A DNA stretch of 64,000 bases from a virus (lineage: Duplodnaviria; Heunggongvirae; Uroviricota; Caudoviricetes), in the IMG/VR virus record IMGVR_UViG_3300035212_002004, positions 40,100 to 104,099 of that record; one strand, written 5' to 3'. A program made the position numbers and the translations under genes. This document shows, one piece after another, positions 1-7,619 of this stretch. Numbering within the stretch: position 1 is the stretch's first letter; the number at the start of each line of letters is the position of its first letter. The notes under the pieces were generated by a model, which searched no databases, had not been told where the DNA came from, and worked only from the letters and a program-made list of their open reading frames with translations.

Positions 1-517
1 CTTTAGTTGTATTATTTTTATAGATTACTTTTGAGTAATCATATAAACTTCCATGCACTTTTTTTGCTTCTTTTATAAAAATATCAGCTCCTAAATTAGC
101 TTTTGCAGCATTTCCTTCATATTGACATTTTCTACATCCTCCTTTTCCACTTAAATGTCTATGAAAGGTTGTATTAATTGTAGTATTGTGTATGTTGCAT
201 TTAATAGTAATTGGAAATGTAATTCCTATATAACTTACTATACCTGAGTAATCGTAATTATCTTTATATCTATCTCTGCATTTCTGTAGAAGCTCTTCTA
301 ATGTATATTTAAGCTCTTTTCTAGTTTCTACATCGCATTTTAAACATCCATGTCCACCGAAATGATCACTAGGTGTTTGCAACCAACTTCCATGTATTGG
401 GCAAATAATCTTTACTTTTGTTTGACTATTACTATATTGTACATTTGAATAGTCGTATTTACCTTTATGAATCTCAGTAAATCGTTGAATAACTTCTTGT
501 TGTGTTAATCTTTTCAT
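1..517 (-). CDS. Putative homing endonuclease with repeated zinc-ribbon units (DUF723-like), 3' end outside the window
   Basis: Not in the ORF track; translated by hand from ATG at 517: MKRLTQQEVIQRFTEIHKGKYDYSNVQY...KIICPIHG...GHGCLKC..., with repeated YDYS...C..H...GC..C units, open to the window edge. Confidence 0.75.
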   Translation of the reverse strand, partial: MKRLTQQEVIQRFTEIHKGKYDYSNVQYSNSQTKVKIICPIHGSWLQTPSDHFGGHGCLKCDVETRKELKYTLEELLQKCRDRYKDNYDYSGIVSYIGITFPITIKCNIHNTTINTTFHRHLSGKGGCRKCQYEGNAAKANLGADIFIKEAKKVHGSLYDYSKVIYKNNTTK

Positions 518-524
518 AATAAAA

Positions 525-621
525 AAAGCTTAGGCTTTCGAGGTCGGACGCTCTACTTGCCATAAGCTTTAAATTGATGTTTTCGATATAAATATAGGTC
601 CGACGCTATGCTTATAAATAT
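525..621 (-). promoter_or_regulatory. Structured 5' leader (two hairpins with complementary loops) plus ATATTTAT promoter-like motifs
   Basis: Stems AAAGCTTA/TAAGCTTT (525-532/563-570) and ATAG/CTAT; loops GTCGGAC and GTCCGAC (543-549, 598-604) are exact reverse complements. Confidence 0.6.
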
Positions 622-650
622 CAACTTTTTATGAAAAATACGATTTATTT

Positions 651-1046
651 TCATTTTATTAATTTTAATGCTTCTTGTAAACCAACTTCTAATGCTTCTT
701 CGTAAGTTTTATAATTATTATATTCATCATACCAACCGTTAACATTTTGATTTCCATCAATATCTTTTTGTTGAAGGAATCCCCAACTAGTATAATATTG
801 AATACTTTTTCCATCTGATGTTAAGTCATGATATGACTCTACATATAAGTTATGCACTTCTCTTAACCATTTTTGAAGAAATGATTGTGTGCAACAATTA
901 GCATAAACTTTACAGTATATAGATGCTCCTATACATCCTTCATCATCTCCCTCTAACATATAAGGTAAGTGATTTGTTCTAACATCATCAAAACCTTTCT
1001 CTTTAGCTAACTTAGCTGTTTCAAATGTTATTAATTGTTCTTTCAT
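651..1046 (-). CDS. Hypothetical phage protein (paralogue of 3376-3771)
   Basis: 131 aa; FETAKLAKEKGFD and FLQKWLREVHNL resemble YEQALILKELGFD and AFSWFREKYGL of the 3376-3771 protein; both contain YEEA near the C-terminus. Confidence 0.8.
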   Translation of the reverse strand: MKEQLITFETAKLAKEKGFDDVRTNHLPYMLEGDDEGCIGASIYCKVYANCCTQSFLQKWLREVHNLYVESYHDLTSDGKSIQYYTSWGFLQQKDIDGNQNVNGWYDEYNNYKTYEEALEVGLQEALKLIK

Positions 1047-1051
1047 AACTT

Positions 1052-1237
1052 TTATTTTTTAAATTTCTTTTCTTTTATTTCAACAAATCCTTCTAATGTA
1101 AGATTTTCTCCTATACATTTCCCTTCTGTGTTATAAAAATAAATTGGAATACCTGTGATGTTTGTTTCTATAAATTGTTGACTCTTTACAAGTTCTCCTG
1201 TATTTGAATTCTTATAAAATTTATTAACTACTTTCAT
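1052..1237 (-). CDS. Hypothetical protein
   Basis: 61 aa ORF directly downstream of a promoter-like element, same strand as neighbours. Confidence 0.6.
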   Translation of the reverse strand: MKVVNKFYKNSNTGELVKSQQFIETNITGIPIYFYNTEGKCIGENLTLEGFVEIKEKKFKK

Positions 1238-1318
1238 AACCTTTTTATTTGTTTCTAATACTTAAATATACAAAAAAAGACTTGAATAAACAAGCCTTTT
1301 ATCAATTATTTTTAAAAA

Positions 1319-1514
1319 AATTTAACACCTCAGTTGCACTCTGGTTTGTAATGGGGCTACTATGGGAAATCCTGAATTCGTCGTGTTCGTCACAGGCGTA
1401 CTAGTCCTTATCTTCCTTTGAACTTAATCGATTACAATTGGCGAGGTTTACCACTATCAACACGCCTATTCTGTTTCATGTGTTGGTTACAGACAACCAT
1501 CGAGGTGTTAAATT
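1319..1514 (-). ncRNA. Candidate structured ncRNA (~195 nt)
   Basis: Perfect 13-bp terminal inverted repeat AATTTAACACCTC/GAGGTGTTAAATT; internal stems AGGCGT/ACGCCT and GGTT..AACC; GC-richer intergenic stretch with no credible ORF. Confidence 0.5.
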
Positions 1515-1529
1515 TCTATATTATTTTGT

Positions 1530-1817
1530 TGCTGGGATGTAAAGCATATAGACTATGTCAAATACAAAATCAAAGTCAAAAACCTTCCACTACCACAAGG
1601 GCAAGGACAAAAACTAAGTCTCAGTTTCGCTAGCCACTTTTAATCTCATCCCCCTTTTCAGGGTTCGCACGAGTAACATGTCTAGCTGTTGAGTTCTATC
1701 TCAGTTTTGGTTTAAGTTTGTAGGGAAGCGAGTTTATGGATGGCTCGAGGCCACGGTTATCATGATTGATTAATATATATCGCATATAGTTTGTATGATA
1801 ACTCCACTATCCCAGCA
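1530..1817 (-). ncRNA. Candidate structured ncRNA (~290 nt)
   Basis: Closing stem TGCTGGGAT/ATCCCAGCA; nested stems GTTATCAT/ATGATAAC, CTTCC-CTAC/GTAG-T-GGAAG, AAAACTGAG/CTTAGTTTT, GCTAG/CTAGC and CCCT-GAAA-AGGG. Confidence 0.55.
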
Positions 1818-1862
1818 TAAAGCTTTGGAGGATCGGCTTGTGCCTACCTCCTTAGCACCAAA

Positions 1863-2135
1863 TTATTTTTCTCCTTCTTGGAATATTTTCTCCCAAGCTT
1901 GTTGTGATTCGTAAGGTCTTGCTACGTACTCATTTAACGCTTCCATTCCTTCTTTAATTGTTGTAAATGGAATTTCTTTACATCCTACTGAGATAATACA
2001 TCCAATTGATAGGAATCTAATTTTTACTTCATAATTTGTAAGACATTGTTGTCTTGATGGTTTCCACTGTTCTTCTGCTAATGGTCCATTTTCTACTAGT
2101 CTTGTTGGTGCTGCTACTGGTTCTACTTCGTTCAT
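1863..2135 (-). CDS. Hypothetical protein
   Basis: 90 aa ORF in a tightly packed minus-strand operon. Confidence 0.7.
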   Translation of the reverse strand: MNEVEPVAAPTRLVENGPLAEEQWKPSRQQCLTNYEVKIRFLSIGCIISVGCKEIPFTTIKEGMEALNEYVARPYESQQAWEKIFQEGEK

Positions 2136-2141
2136 AATAAC

Positions 2142-2450
2142 TTAATTTGATTGTTGATAACTTTGTTGATTTTCTACTTCTTCTATGAATGGTTGATTTT
2201 CCAACTCTTCTATAACTATATTAATTGCATCAGGATAATGAGTGTGTCCAGATTGAAAATATATTCCCACCAAACCTAATACCTCATTGTCAATGTAGTG
2301 ACGATTTTTACCTTTACCGTTTACTATCTCGTGATCCATTGACACATCATCCCATTCATCCAATACAATTCTATTACCACCCTTTTCTCTATAGTGGAGC
2401 CTGATCATATTATTATGACTGAAGTTTTTAATAAACTCTCCTAGCTTCAT
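2142..2450 (-). CDS. Hypothetical protein
   Basis: 102 aa ORF, operon context. Confidence 0.7.
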   Translation of the reverse strand: MKLGEFIKNFSHNNMIRLHYREKGGNRIVLDEWDDVSMDHEIVNGKGKNRHYIDNEVLGLVGIYFQSGHTHYPDAINIVIEELENQPFIEEVENQQSYQQSN

Positions 2451-2451
2451 A

Positions 2452-3363
2452 CTATTTTAATTGGTTTAAAAACTCATCTACTACTGATTGAAATCTTTCT
2501 GCTACTTCAATTTTTAAATTAACAGCATCTTGAATTCTTGCTTGACGTTTTTCTTCAAACTCATGTTGAGCGTTACGTTCTTCTCCAGCCCATTTATCGT
2601 AAGCTAGTTTATAAGTATTTGCTGCTTCTGCATTCTCAGTATTTACTCTTGCTTGAATAATTCCTCTTTCTTTCTGAATTCTGGCATTCTCAGAAGTAGT
2701 AGCATTTTTAATCTTAGATTTAAAGTAATTTACTTTTTGTTCATATCCTCTGTGCAGAGCTGCTAATTCTTCATGAATTAAAAGCAACTGTGATGGGGTA
2801 TGATGAATTGAGATTTTCATAGGGGTTTTCTTTCCTACTTCAATTTCCATAAACTCTAAAGTTTTAATGGTAGGAAGTTCTGCTCTTAATCTATCCAATT
2901 TACCTCCTTTATGAATAAATTGCCCAATATGTGAAGCATAAGCCTCTGCTTCTAAGAATTCGTTGTACTCGGCTGTAGTTAAAGTATTCCAACCAAAATC
3001 CTCATCCACTTCACTTGGAATTGTTTCCGATATAAGTTTTGGTCTCTCTGGGGATTCTACTTCGTATTTGAATCGTTCTTGTTTGATTTTATTAATCAAC
3101 TCGTCCTTAGCTTTGATGTTCTCCATCAAGAATGCTTGAGTAGCAGATAATCTTGCTTTAGCAGTTAATAATTCAACTACATTTTCTGGAATTGGGTTTC
3201 CTTTAACTTCAGTATAGGTTTCTTCTCCTATCACTAGTTCTTTAGAAACGTTATTGATATCAGCTAATTGTGCTGTAAGATCTTTTGAACGTTGGTTACA
3301 CAAGTTTGAGATTGATTGTGCTTGAGACATTGATAACCCTTTTGATGCTAACGAATTTTTCAT
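2452..3363 (-). CDS. Hypothetical coiled-coil-rich protein
   Basis: 303 aa ORF rich in helical E/K/A/Q segments. Confidence 0.8.
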   Translation of the reverse strand: MKNSLASKGLSMSQAQSISNLCNQRSKDLTAQLADINNVSKELVIGEETYTEVKGNPIPENVVELLTAKARLSATQAFLMENIKAKDELINKIKQERFKYEVESPERPKLISETIPSEVDEDFGWNTLTTAEYNEFLEAEAYASHIGQFIHKGGKLDRLRAELPTIKTLEFMEIEVGKKTPMKISIHHTPSQLLLIHEELAALHRGYEQKVNYFKSKIKNATTSENARIQKERGIIQARVNTENAEAANTYKLAYDKWAGEERNAQHEFEEKRQARIQDAVNLKIEVAERFQSVVDEFLNQLK

Positions 3364-3375
3364 AACTATGATTTT

Positions 3376-3771
3376 TTATTTATTTTTAATGATTTCTATT
3401 AATTTTTTAAGACATTCAAGTTCTGCTTCTTCGTAAGATTTAAAATCTGTTTCTAATTCAGATATTGATTGAGAATGATTTATTATTTGATAATCACAAT
3501 TAACATCATTTTCTAATGAATTGTCTAATCCTATTGAATGATATAAACCATACTTCTCTCTAAACCAACTAAATGCTTGTTGGTATAATGGTGCTGAAAC
3601 TACTATACTTGATGAATTGTGATTAAATAGAATTGGTTTAGGATTAATACAATCACTATTCATTATTGCATAATCACCTAACAATGGGTCAAAATATCCA
3701 AAACAAGGTTCATCAAATCCTAATTCTTTTAAAATTAATGCTTGTTCGTAAGGTGCAAATTCTTTTTCCAT
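3376..3771 (-). CDS. Hypothetical phage protein (paralogue of 651-1046)
   Basis: 131 aa; shared N-terminal and WFREK motifs. Confidence 0.8.
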   Translation of the reverse strand: MEKEFAPYEQALILKELGFDEPCFGYFDPLLGDYAIMNSDCINPKPILFNHNSSSIVVSAPLYQQAFSWFREKYGLYHSIGLDNSLENDVNCDYQIINHSQSISELETDFKSYEEAELECLKKLIEIIKNK

Positions 3772-3780
3772 AACTATTTT

Positions 3781-3823
3781 TTCTTATACTTTAATATACG
3801 AACTATATTTCTAATATCCAACT
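3781..3823 (-). promoter_or_regulatory. Bacteroidota-type (-33 TTG / -7 TAnnTTTG-like) early promoter, exact copy at 5898-5940
   Basis: Minus strand AGTTGGATATTAGAAATATAGTTCGTATATTAAAGTATAAGAA: TTG, 20 nt, TATATTAA; identical 43-bp copy at 5898-5940. Confidence 0.7.
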
Positions 3824-3828
3824 TTTTT

Positions 3829-4284
3829 TTAATCTATTTTTAAAGTAAGTATAATATAATCTGCCCATCCCATTTCATGTCCTTCTATATAGAAGTCGTC
3901 TTCTGGAAAGTAATGAGATAAGTCTGTATCCCATAACTGATCATATATTCCTTGCTTAAAGGTATCCATATCTGTTGGATAGATTTTAGGTACCATGCAT
4001 TCTAATTTTTCTGAGAGGTATTTTTTAGCAAGTTCATCATTTAGAGTTTTGTAAACTTCAAATGCTTCTTTACTATCGTCATTACCACCATTCCATTTGT
4101 AGGTTTTTAGCAATGCTTGTGATATCTGTTCATGTCTTTGTTTATCTTGTTCAGATATCTCTACAATGGTATGTGTTTTTAGAGCATCTGTAGATAGAGT
4201 TGGGAGAAATCTTCTAGTAATATATTCTCCTACGTAAAGTCCTAGCTGGTAGTTTAAGTCTTTTACATCAGGATCTCTTCTCAT
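3829..4284 (-). CDS. Hypothetical protein
   Basis: 151 aa ORF immediately downstream of the last tRNA. Confidence 0.75.
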   Translation of the reverse strand: MRRDPDVKDLNYQLGLYVGEYITRRFLPTLSTDALKTHTIVEISEQDKQRHEQISQALLKTYKWNGGNDDSKEAFEVYKTLNDELAKKYLSEKLECMVPKIYPTDMDTFKQGIYDQLWDTDLSHYFPEDDFYIEGHEMGWADYIILTLKID

Positions 4285-4314
4285 AACTTTTATTTTTTAT
4301 TGGATAAAATATTG

Positions 4315-4386
4315 TGGTCTCGGGGAATTACGATATCCCAGCCTCTTTCTTATGAGGAAATTGCTCTACCTTTGAGCTACGAGACC
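4315..4386 (-). tRNA. tRNA with CAT anticodon (elongator Met or Ile2), non-canonical T-loop
   Basis: Acceptor GGTCTCG/CGAGACC, D-arm GCTC/GAGC, loop CT-CAT-AA, T-loop ATCGTAA. Confidence 0.75.
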
Positions 4387-4392
4387 AATTAG

Positions 4393-4463
4393 TTGCGGAT
4401 TCAGGACTCGAACCTGGCCTCTGGGTTATGAGCCCGGAATGCTACCAATTACACCAAACCGCG
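4393..4463 (-). tRNA. tRNA-fMet (CAT)
   Basis: C1:A72 mismatch, three consecutive G-C pairs in the anticodon stem (GGG/CCC), loop CT-CAT-AA, TTCGAGT T-loop. Confidence 0.9.
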
Positions 4464-4564
4464 ATGTATGCTTTAATGAAAAGAGGTAAGCTACTTCAGT
4501 TATCTGCGTTTACTGAGTATTTAAAGCCGTCATTGGCAAAGTGGCTACTTACTTATTCATTTTG

Positions 4565-4635
4565 CGGTCTAGAACGGTAACGCTCCGTCTACTCAACAGT
4601 GACAGTGTTGGATGATACTTCTTCACTACTAGACC
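4565..4635 (-). tRNA. tRNA-Asp (GTC), non-canonical T-loop
   Basis: GGTCTAG/CTAGACC acceptor, G73, CAACA-CTGTCAC-TGTTG anticodon arm, T-loop AGCGTTA. Confidence 0.85.
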
Positions 4636-4639
4636 TTTT

Positions 4640-4714
4640 TGGTGGAGCTACCGAGATTCGAACTCGGAATAATAGAATGCAAATCTATCGTGATGCCAAT
4701 TTCACTATAGCCCC
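4640..4714 (-). tRNA. tRNA-Ala (TGC)
   Basis: G3:U70 pair, ATAGA-TTTGCAT-TCTAT arm, encoded CCA. Confidence 0.92.
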
Positions 4715-4720
4715 TTTTGT

Positions 4721-4790
4721 AGCCCTGCCGGGAGTCGAACCCGACTTTTATGGATGAAAACCATATGTCCTAACCGATAGACGACAGGGC
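4721..4790 (-). tRNA. tRNA-Glu (TTC)
   Basis: TATGG-TTTTCAT-CCATA arm, canonical T-arm. Confidence 0.9.
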
Positions 4791-4792
4791 CG

Positions 4793-4867
4793 TGGAGCAG
4801 ATGCGGAGAATCGAACTCCGATCTTCTGGTTGGAAGCCAAAAGTAATAACCATTATACGACATCTGC
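4793..4867 (-). tRNA. tRNA-Gly (TCC)
   Basis: GCAGATG/CATCTGC acceptor, loop CT-TCC-AA, encoded CCA. Confidence 0.92.
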
Positions 4868-4873
4868 ATTTTG

Positions 4874-4947
4874 AGGTTCTTGTCAGGATCGAACTGACTC
4901 TATTCAGCGTTACAAATGCTGTGCACCACCACTTATGCGTAAGAACC
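4874..4947 (-). tRNA. tRNA-Thr (TGT)
   Basis: GGTTCTT/AAGAACC acceptor, loop TT-TGT-AA, T-arm GTCAG-TTCGATC-CTGAC. Confidence 0.85.
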
Positions 4948-4953
4948 AAGTAA

Positions 4954-5020
4954 ATTACAGCCGGTTTTCGTATCCGTTCTCCTACTGCCAAGCAGGTGCT
5001 TTGCTATAAGCTAGCTGTAA
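4954..5020 (-). ncRNA. Degenerate tRNA-like RNA (6-nt anticodon loop TTGGCA)
   Basis: Perfect 7-bp acceptor TTACAGC/GCTGTAA, D-stem GCTT/AAGC, stem CCTGC/GTAGG with a 6-nt loop, degenerate T-arm CGGATACGAAAACCG. Confidence 0.55.
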
Positions 5021-5107
5021 CTTTTTTATGTAGGCGACTAGAACTCCAGTCCTTCTGTCCAATTAAGGAACTCATATCCGGTAACCCGGTCCTACTATAT
5101 TCTACTG

Positions 5108-5187
5108 TACCCAAGGGGGGAGTCGAACCCCCAAGCTTACGCCACGGCTTCTAAGACCGCTGTGTCTACCAGTTCCACCACTCGGGC
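5108..5187 (-). tRNA. tRNA-Leu (TAG)
   Basis: Loop CT-TAG-AA, Leu-type D-loop, variable arm, canonical T-arm. Confidence 0.92.
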
Positions 5188-5413
5188 ATTTACCGCATGT
5201 GCGGTCACTTATCAATCGGTAGCTCCCTCTTGATGTCCATCTGTGGGTGTAACACATTTGGTAGAGGGTCGAACCTTAAATATCGTATCATGAAGCATTT
5301 TTGATATTGTTGAATATGCTATATCCAACTTTCTTGCTTTTATGATTATAATTTCTTTATCTTTCATACTTAAATATACGAACTATATTTTTACTATCCT
5401 AGCTTTTTTTAAT

Positions 5414-5497
5414 TTACTTTTAATCTTAATTGCCATCATTTATTTTAATTCCAAAAAATATAAAGACTACAGCCACAATTATAAAACATACTATCAT
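5414..5497 (-). CDS. Possible small hydrophobic peptide (27 aa)
   Basis: MIVCFIIVAVVFIFFGIKIMMAIKIKK, a single TM-like segment between tRNAs; below the ORF-track cutoff. Confidence 0.35.
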
Positions 5498-5511
5498 AAT
5501 TTATTTTTTTG

Positions 5512-5584
5512 AGGGACTATAAAGAATCGAACTTTACAATCTATTCGTTTGCTGCGAATAAGCTTAACCATCAGCCTTAGTCCC
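5512..5584 (-). tRNA. tRNA-Cys (GCA) with A33
   Basis: GGGACTA/TAGTCCC acceptor, U73, anticodon loop CA-GCA-AA, canonical T-arm. Confidence 0.75.
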
Positions 5585-5663
5585 ATTTATCACCTAGCCT
5601 GACCTTCCAGACAGTACAAGTCAGTATTAATTTCACGTGCTGTTTTGTAGTAGGTGATTTATT

Positions 5664-5891
5664 TTATTTATTCAGATCTTGTATAATAGGTCCTAAATCT
5701 TTTACAGGTATCTTACAATCCTCTTGACCTTCTCCTTCTGAGTTTCTCCACATATAGTTGTAAACTGCTTTTGTTTTTCTTTCCATCTCAAATGTAAAGT
5801 ATAGGTTTGGAGTTTCTAATTCATATACATTCCAATCATCTCCTCTTCCGTCAGTATATTGATTTACTAATTTAAAATCTGTTATTTTCAT
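5664..5891 (-). CDS. Hypothetical protein
   Basis: 75 aa ORF directly behind the 5898-5940 promoter. Confidence 0.7.
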   Translation of the reverse strand: MKITDFKLVNQYTDGRGDDWNVYELETPNLYFTFEMERKTKAVYNYMWRNSEGEGQEDCKIPVKDLGPIIQDLNK

Positions 5892-5927
5892 ATTTCTTTC
5901 TTATACTTTAATATACGAACTATATTT

Positions 5928-6626
5928 CTAATATCCAACTATTTTGTTAGATTTTTTTAAATTATCTTTTTTCCACAATGGTTGATAATTACTATAATGA
6001 TTTAATCTTACAATATCTTCCTCTGTTTGAGCTGAAGAGATTGGTATTTTATGATCTAATTCCCATTGACCATAATTGTAAATAGTCATACCTTCTTGAA
6101 ATAAGTTCTGAATATGTTCTGTAAATTCTAATAGAGTGCATCCTAGTATTTCTTCAGTTCCTATACTTTTTCTATAAGTACCATTGCAGCTCCTTTTGAA
6201 TGAACCTCCTATTAAACTTCTTGTATTATATATTAATTTATAAATTGGATCTACTTTTTTTCGTTCCCTATGATAATTTACATAATATCCAGGATTCCTT
6301 TCATTCCAACTACTCTTTTTCTCTCTAGGTTTTTTAATAACCTCTTTTTTAGGTCTAGGATGAGTTTTATAGTACTCTCTTTGCCTTAACTTTATCTCCT
6401 CTTTATTTTGTTGGTAATTTAACCTATCTCTTTCTCTTTGCTTATCCCTATTAGCATCTCTATACTCTTCTCCATATTTTTGTAGAGATTCTTTATTATC
6501 CTCTTTCCATCTTGCAGTTTCTATTTTTCTACAAGCTCTGCAGGTATAGTCGTAGTTATTAAATACAGATTTTGATATGTTAATTCCTACTTCTAATTCT
6601 ACTTTACACTTTATACACTCTTTCAT
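5928..6626 (-). CDS. HNH-type putative homing endonuclease
   Basis: N-terminal CxxC..CxxC; C-terminal GCT..F..HI...GMT..NYG.WELDHKIP...NYQPLW..DN..KSNK; paralogue of 18754-19425 and 54541-55089. Confidence 0.85.
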   Translation of the reverse strand: MKECIKCKVELEVGINISKSVFNNYDYTCRACRKIETARWKEDNKESLQKYGEEYRDANRDKQRERDRLNYQQNKEEIKLRQREYYKTHPRPKKEVIKKPREKKSSWNERNPGYYVNYHRERKKVDPIYKLIYNTRSLIGGSFKRSCNGTYRKSIGTEEILGCTLLEFTEHIQNLFQEGMTIYNYGQWELDHKIPISSAQTEEDIVRLNHYSNYQPLWKKDNLKKSNKIVGY

Positions 6627-6637
6627 ATTAAAATAAA

Positions 6638-6733
6638 AGGAGAAATTAAAGAAAACACATGGTACGTGCTAAGCTCTAAAATCTCCTATAATGTTTTTAT
6701 TGAACAGTACCATTGTTCATTTAATATAAATAT
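6638..6733 (-). promoter_or_regulatory. Structured 5' leader (two hairpins with complementary 7-nt loops) plus ATATTTAT motif
   Basis: Minus strand TGAACA-ATGGTAC-TGTTCA and AGGAGA...AGCAC-GTACCAT-GTGTT...TCTCCT just before the ATG. Confidence 0.6.
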
Positions 6734-6763
6734 CACAAAATATAGGAAACCTTAATATATTTT

Positions 6764-7270
6764 TTAAAAGAATAGGAAAGCTTCCCATTCCTTAGGTACA
6801 TAGTTTAAGGTTTTTAAGAGCATTAGGTAATGAGGTCTTTTTGGTTCTGGAATTTCCTTTCCATATTCCTCAAGAGTTAAATCTGCTTTAGCTCCATTAC
6901 AAGATCTACATGCTGTTACTAAATTGTCCCAAGCATTTTCTCCACCTTTTGATTGTGGAATGACATGGTCAAGTGTTAATGACTTTATGTTACTTGATCC
7001 GCAATAAACACATTCATAATTATCCCTTCGATAAACATTTTCTCTCGTTAGAGGAACTTTTTGAATGTTTTGTTTTACATATTTAAAAACCCTAATGATT
7101 GAAGGTTTAAAAATTTCTAGTTTTGGATTTACTAATCCGAATGTTTCTGGATGTTCAGCTATTATTTCTGCATTACCCTTATACGAAATCACGAAAGCTC
7201 TTTCGGTAGAGATGATGCTTCTTGCCATAAAGCTTGAATCAATTACCAGTGTTCTTTGGTACTTACTCAT
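6764..7270 (-). CDS. HNH endonuclease (McrA-like), inside the tRNA array
   Basis: RENVYRRDNYECVYCG...LTLDHVIPQSKGG...NLVTACRSCNGAK; likely start MSKYQR at 7270 (ORF track starts at 7294). Confidence 0.88.
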   Translation of the reverse strand: MSKYQRTLVIDSSFMARSIISTERAFVISYKGNAEIIAEHPETFGLVNPKLEIFKPSIIRVFKYVKQNIQKVPLTRENVYRRDNYECVYCGSSNIKSLTLDHVIPQSKGGENAWDNLVTACRSCNGAKADLTLEEYGKEIPEPKRPHYLMLLKTLNYVPKEWEAFLFF

Positions 7271-7303
7271 GATTTTAATTTTTAAATGAAACAATTTATT
7301 TTG

Positions 7304-7374
7304 CGCAGGCCGTAAGAATCGAACTTACCCGTAGCAGTTTTGGAGACCGTACCGACACCTTGTCTGTGACCTGC
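7304..7374 (-). tRNA. tRNA-Trp (CCA)
   Basis: GCAGGTC/GGCCTGC acceptor, loop CT-CCA-AA, short D-arm. Confidence 0.85.
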
Positions 7375-7468
7375 ATTTGTAGAGTATCGCTTACTCTACC
7401 AAAGTTGATCAGACTTCTTTAATAGCTCTTTAAGTTGTTACCATCTGTCTATCCATGCGATTTTTTTG

Positions 7469-7541
7469 TACCCCTAGAAGAATTCGAATCTCCATTTTAC
7501 ATCTTAGAAGGATGTTGCATTTCCATTTATGCTATAAGGGC
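7469..7541 (-). tRNA. tRNA-Arg (TCT)
   Basis: ACATC-CTTCTAA-GATGT arm. Confidence 0.9.
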
Positions 7542-7547
7542 ATTTTG

Positions 7548-7619
7548 AGGTCCTACCAGAACTCGAATCTGGATTCTATCGTTCGTAGCGATAAGTTTTT
7601 CCAATTAAACTATAAGACC
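7548..7619 (-). tRNA. tRNA-Arg (ACG)
   Basis: TATCG-CTACGAA-CGATA arm. Confidence 0.92.

Noticed and set aside
1545-1630. Group I intron-like words (GAGACTT and GACATAGTCT resemble the R and S elements)
   Set aside because: No P/Q elements or P8 hairpin between them, and the region does not interrupt a gene.
5255-5280. GGTTCGACCCTCTACCA, resembling a tRNA 3' end
   Set aside because: No matching 5' acceptor strand or D/anticodon arms upstream; at most a remnant.
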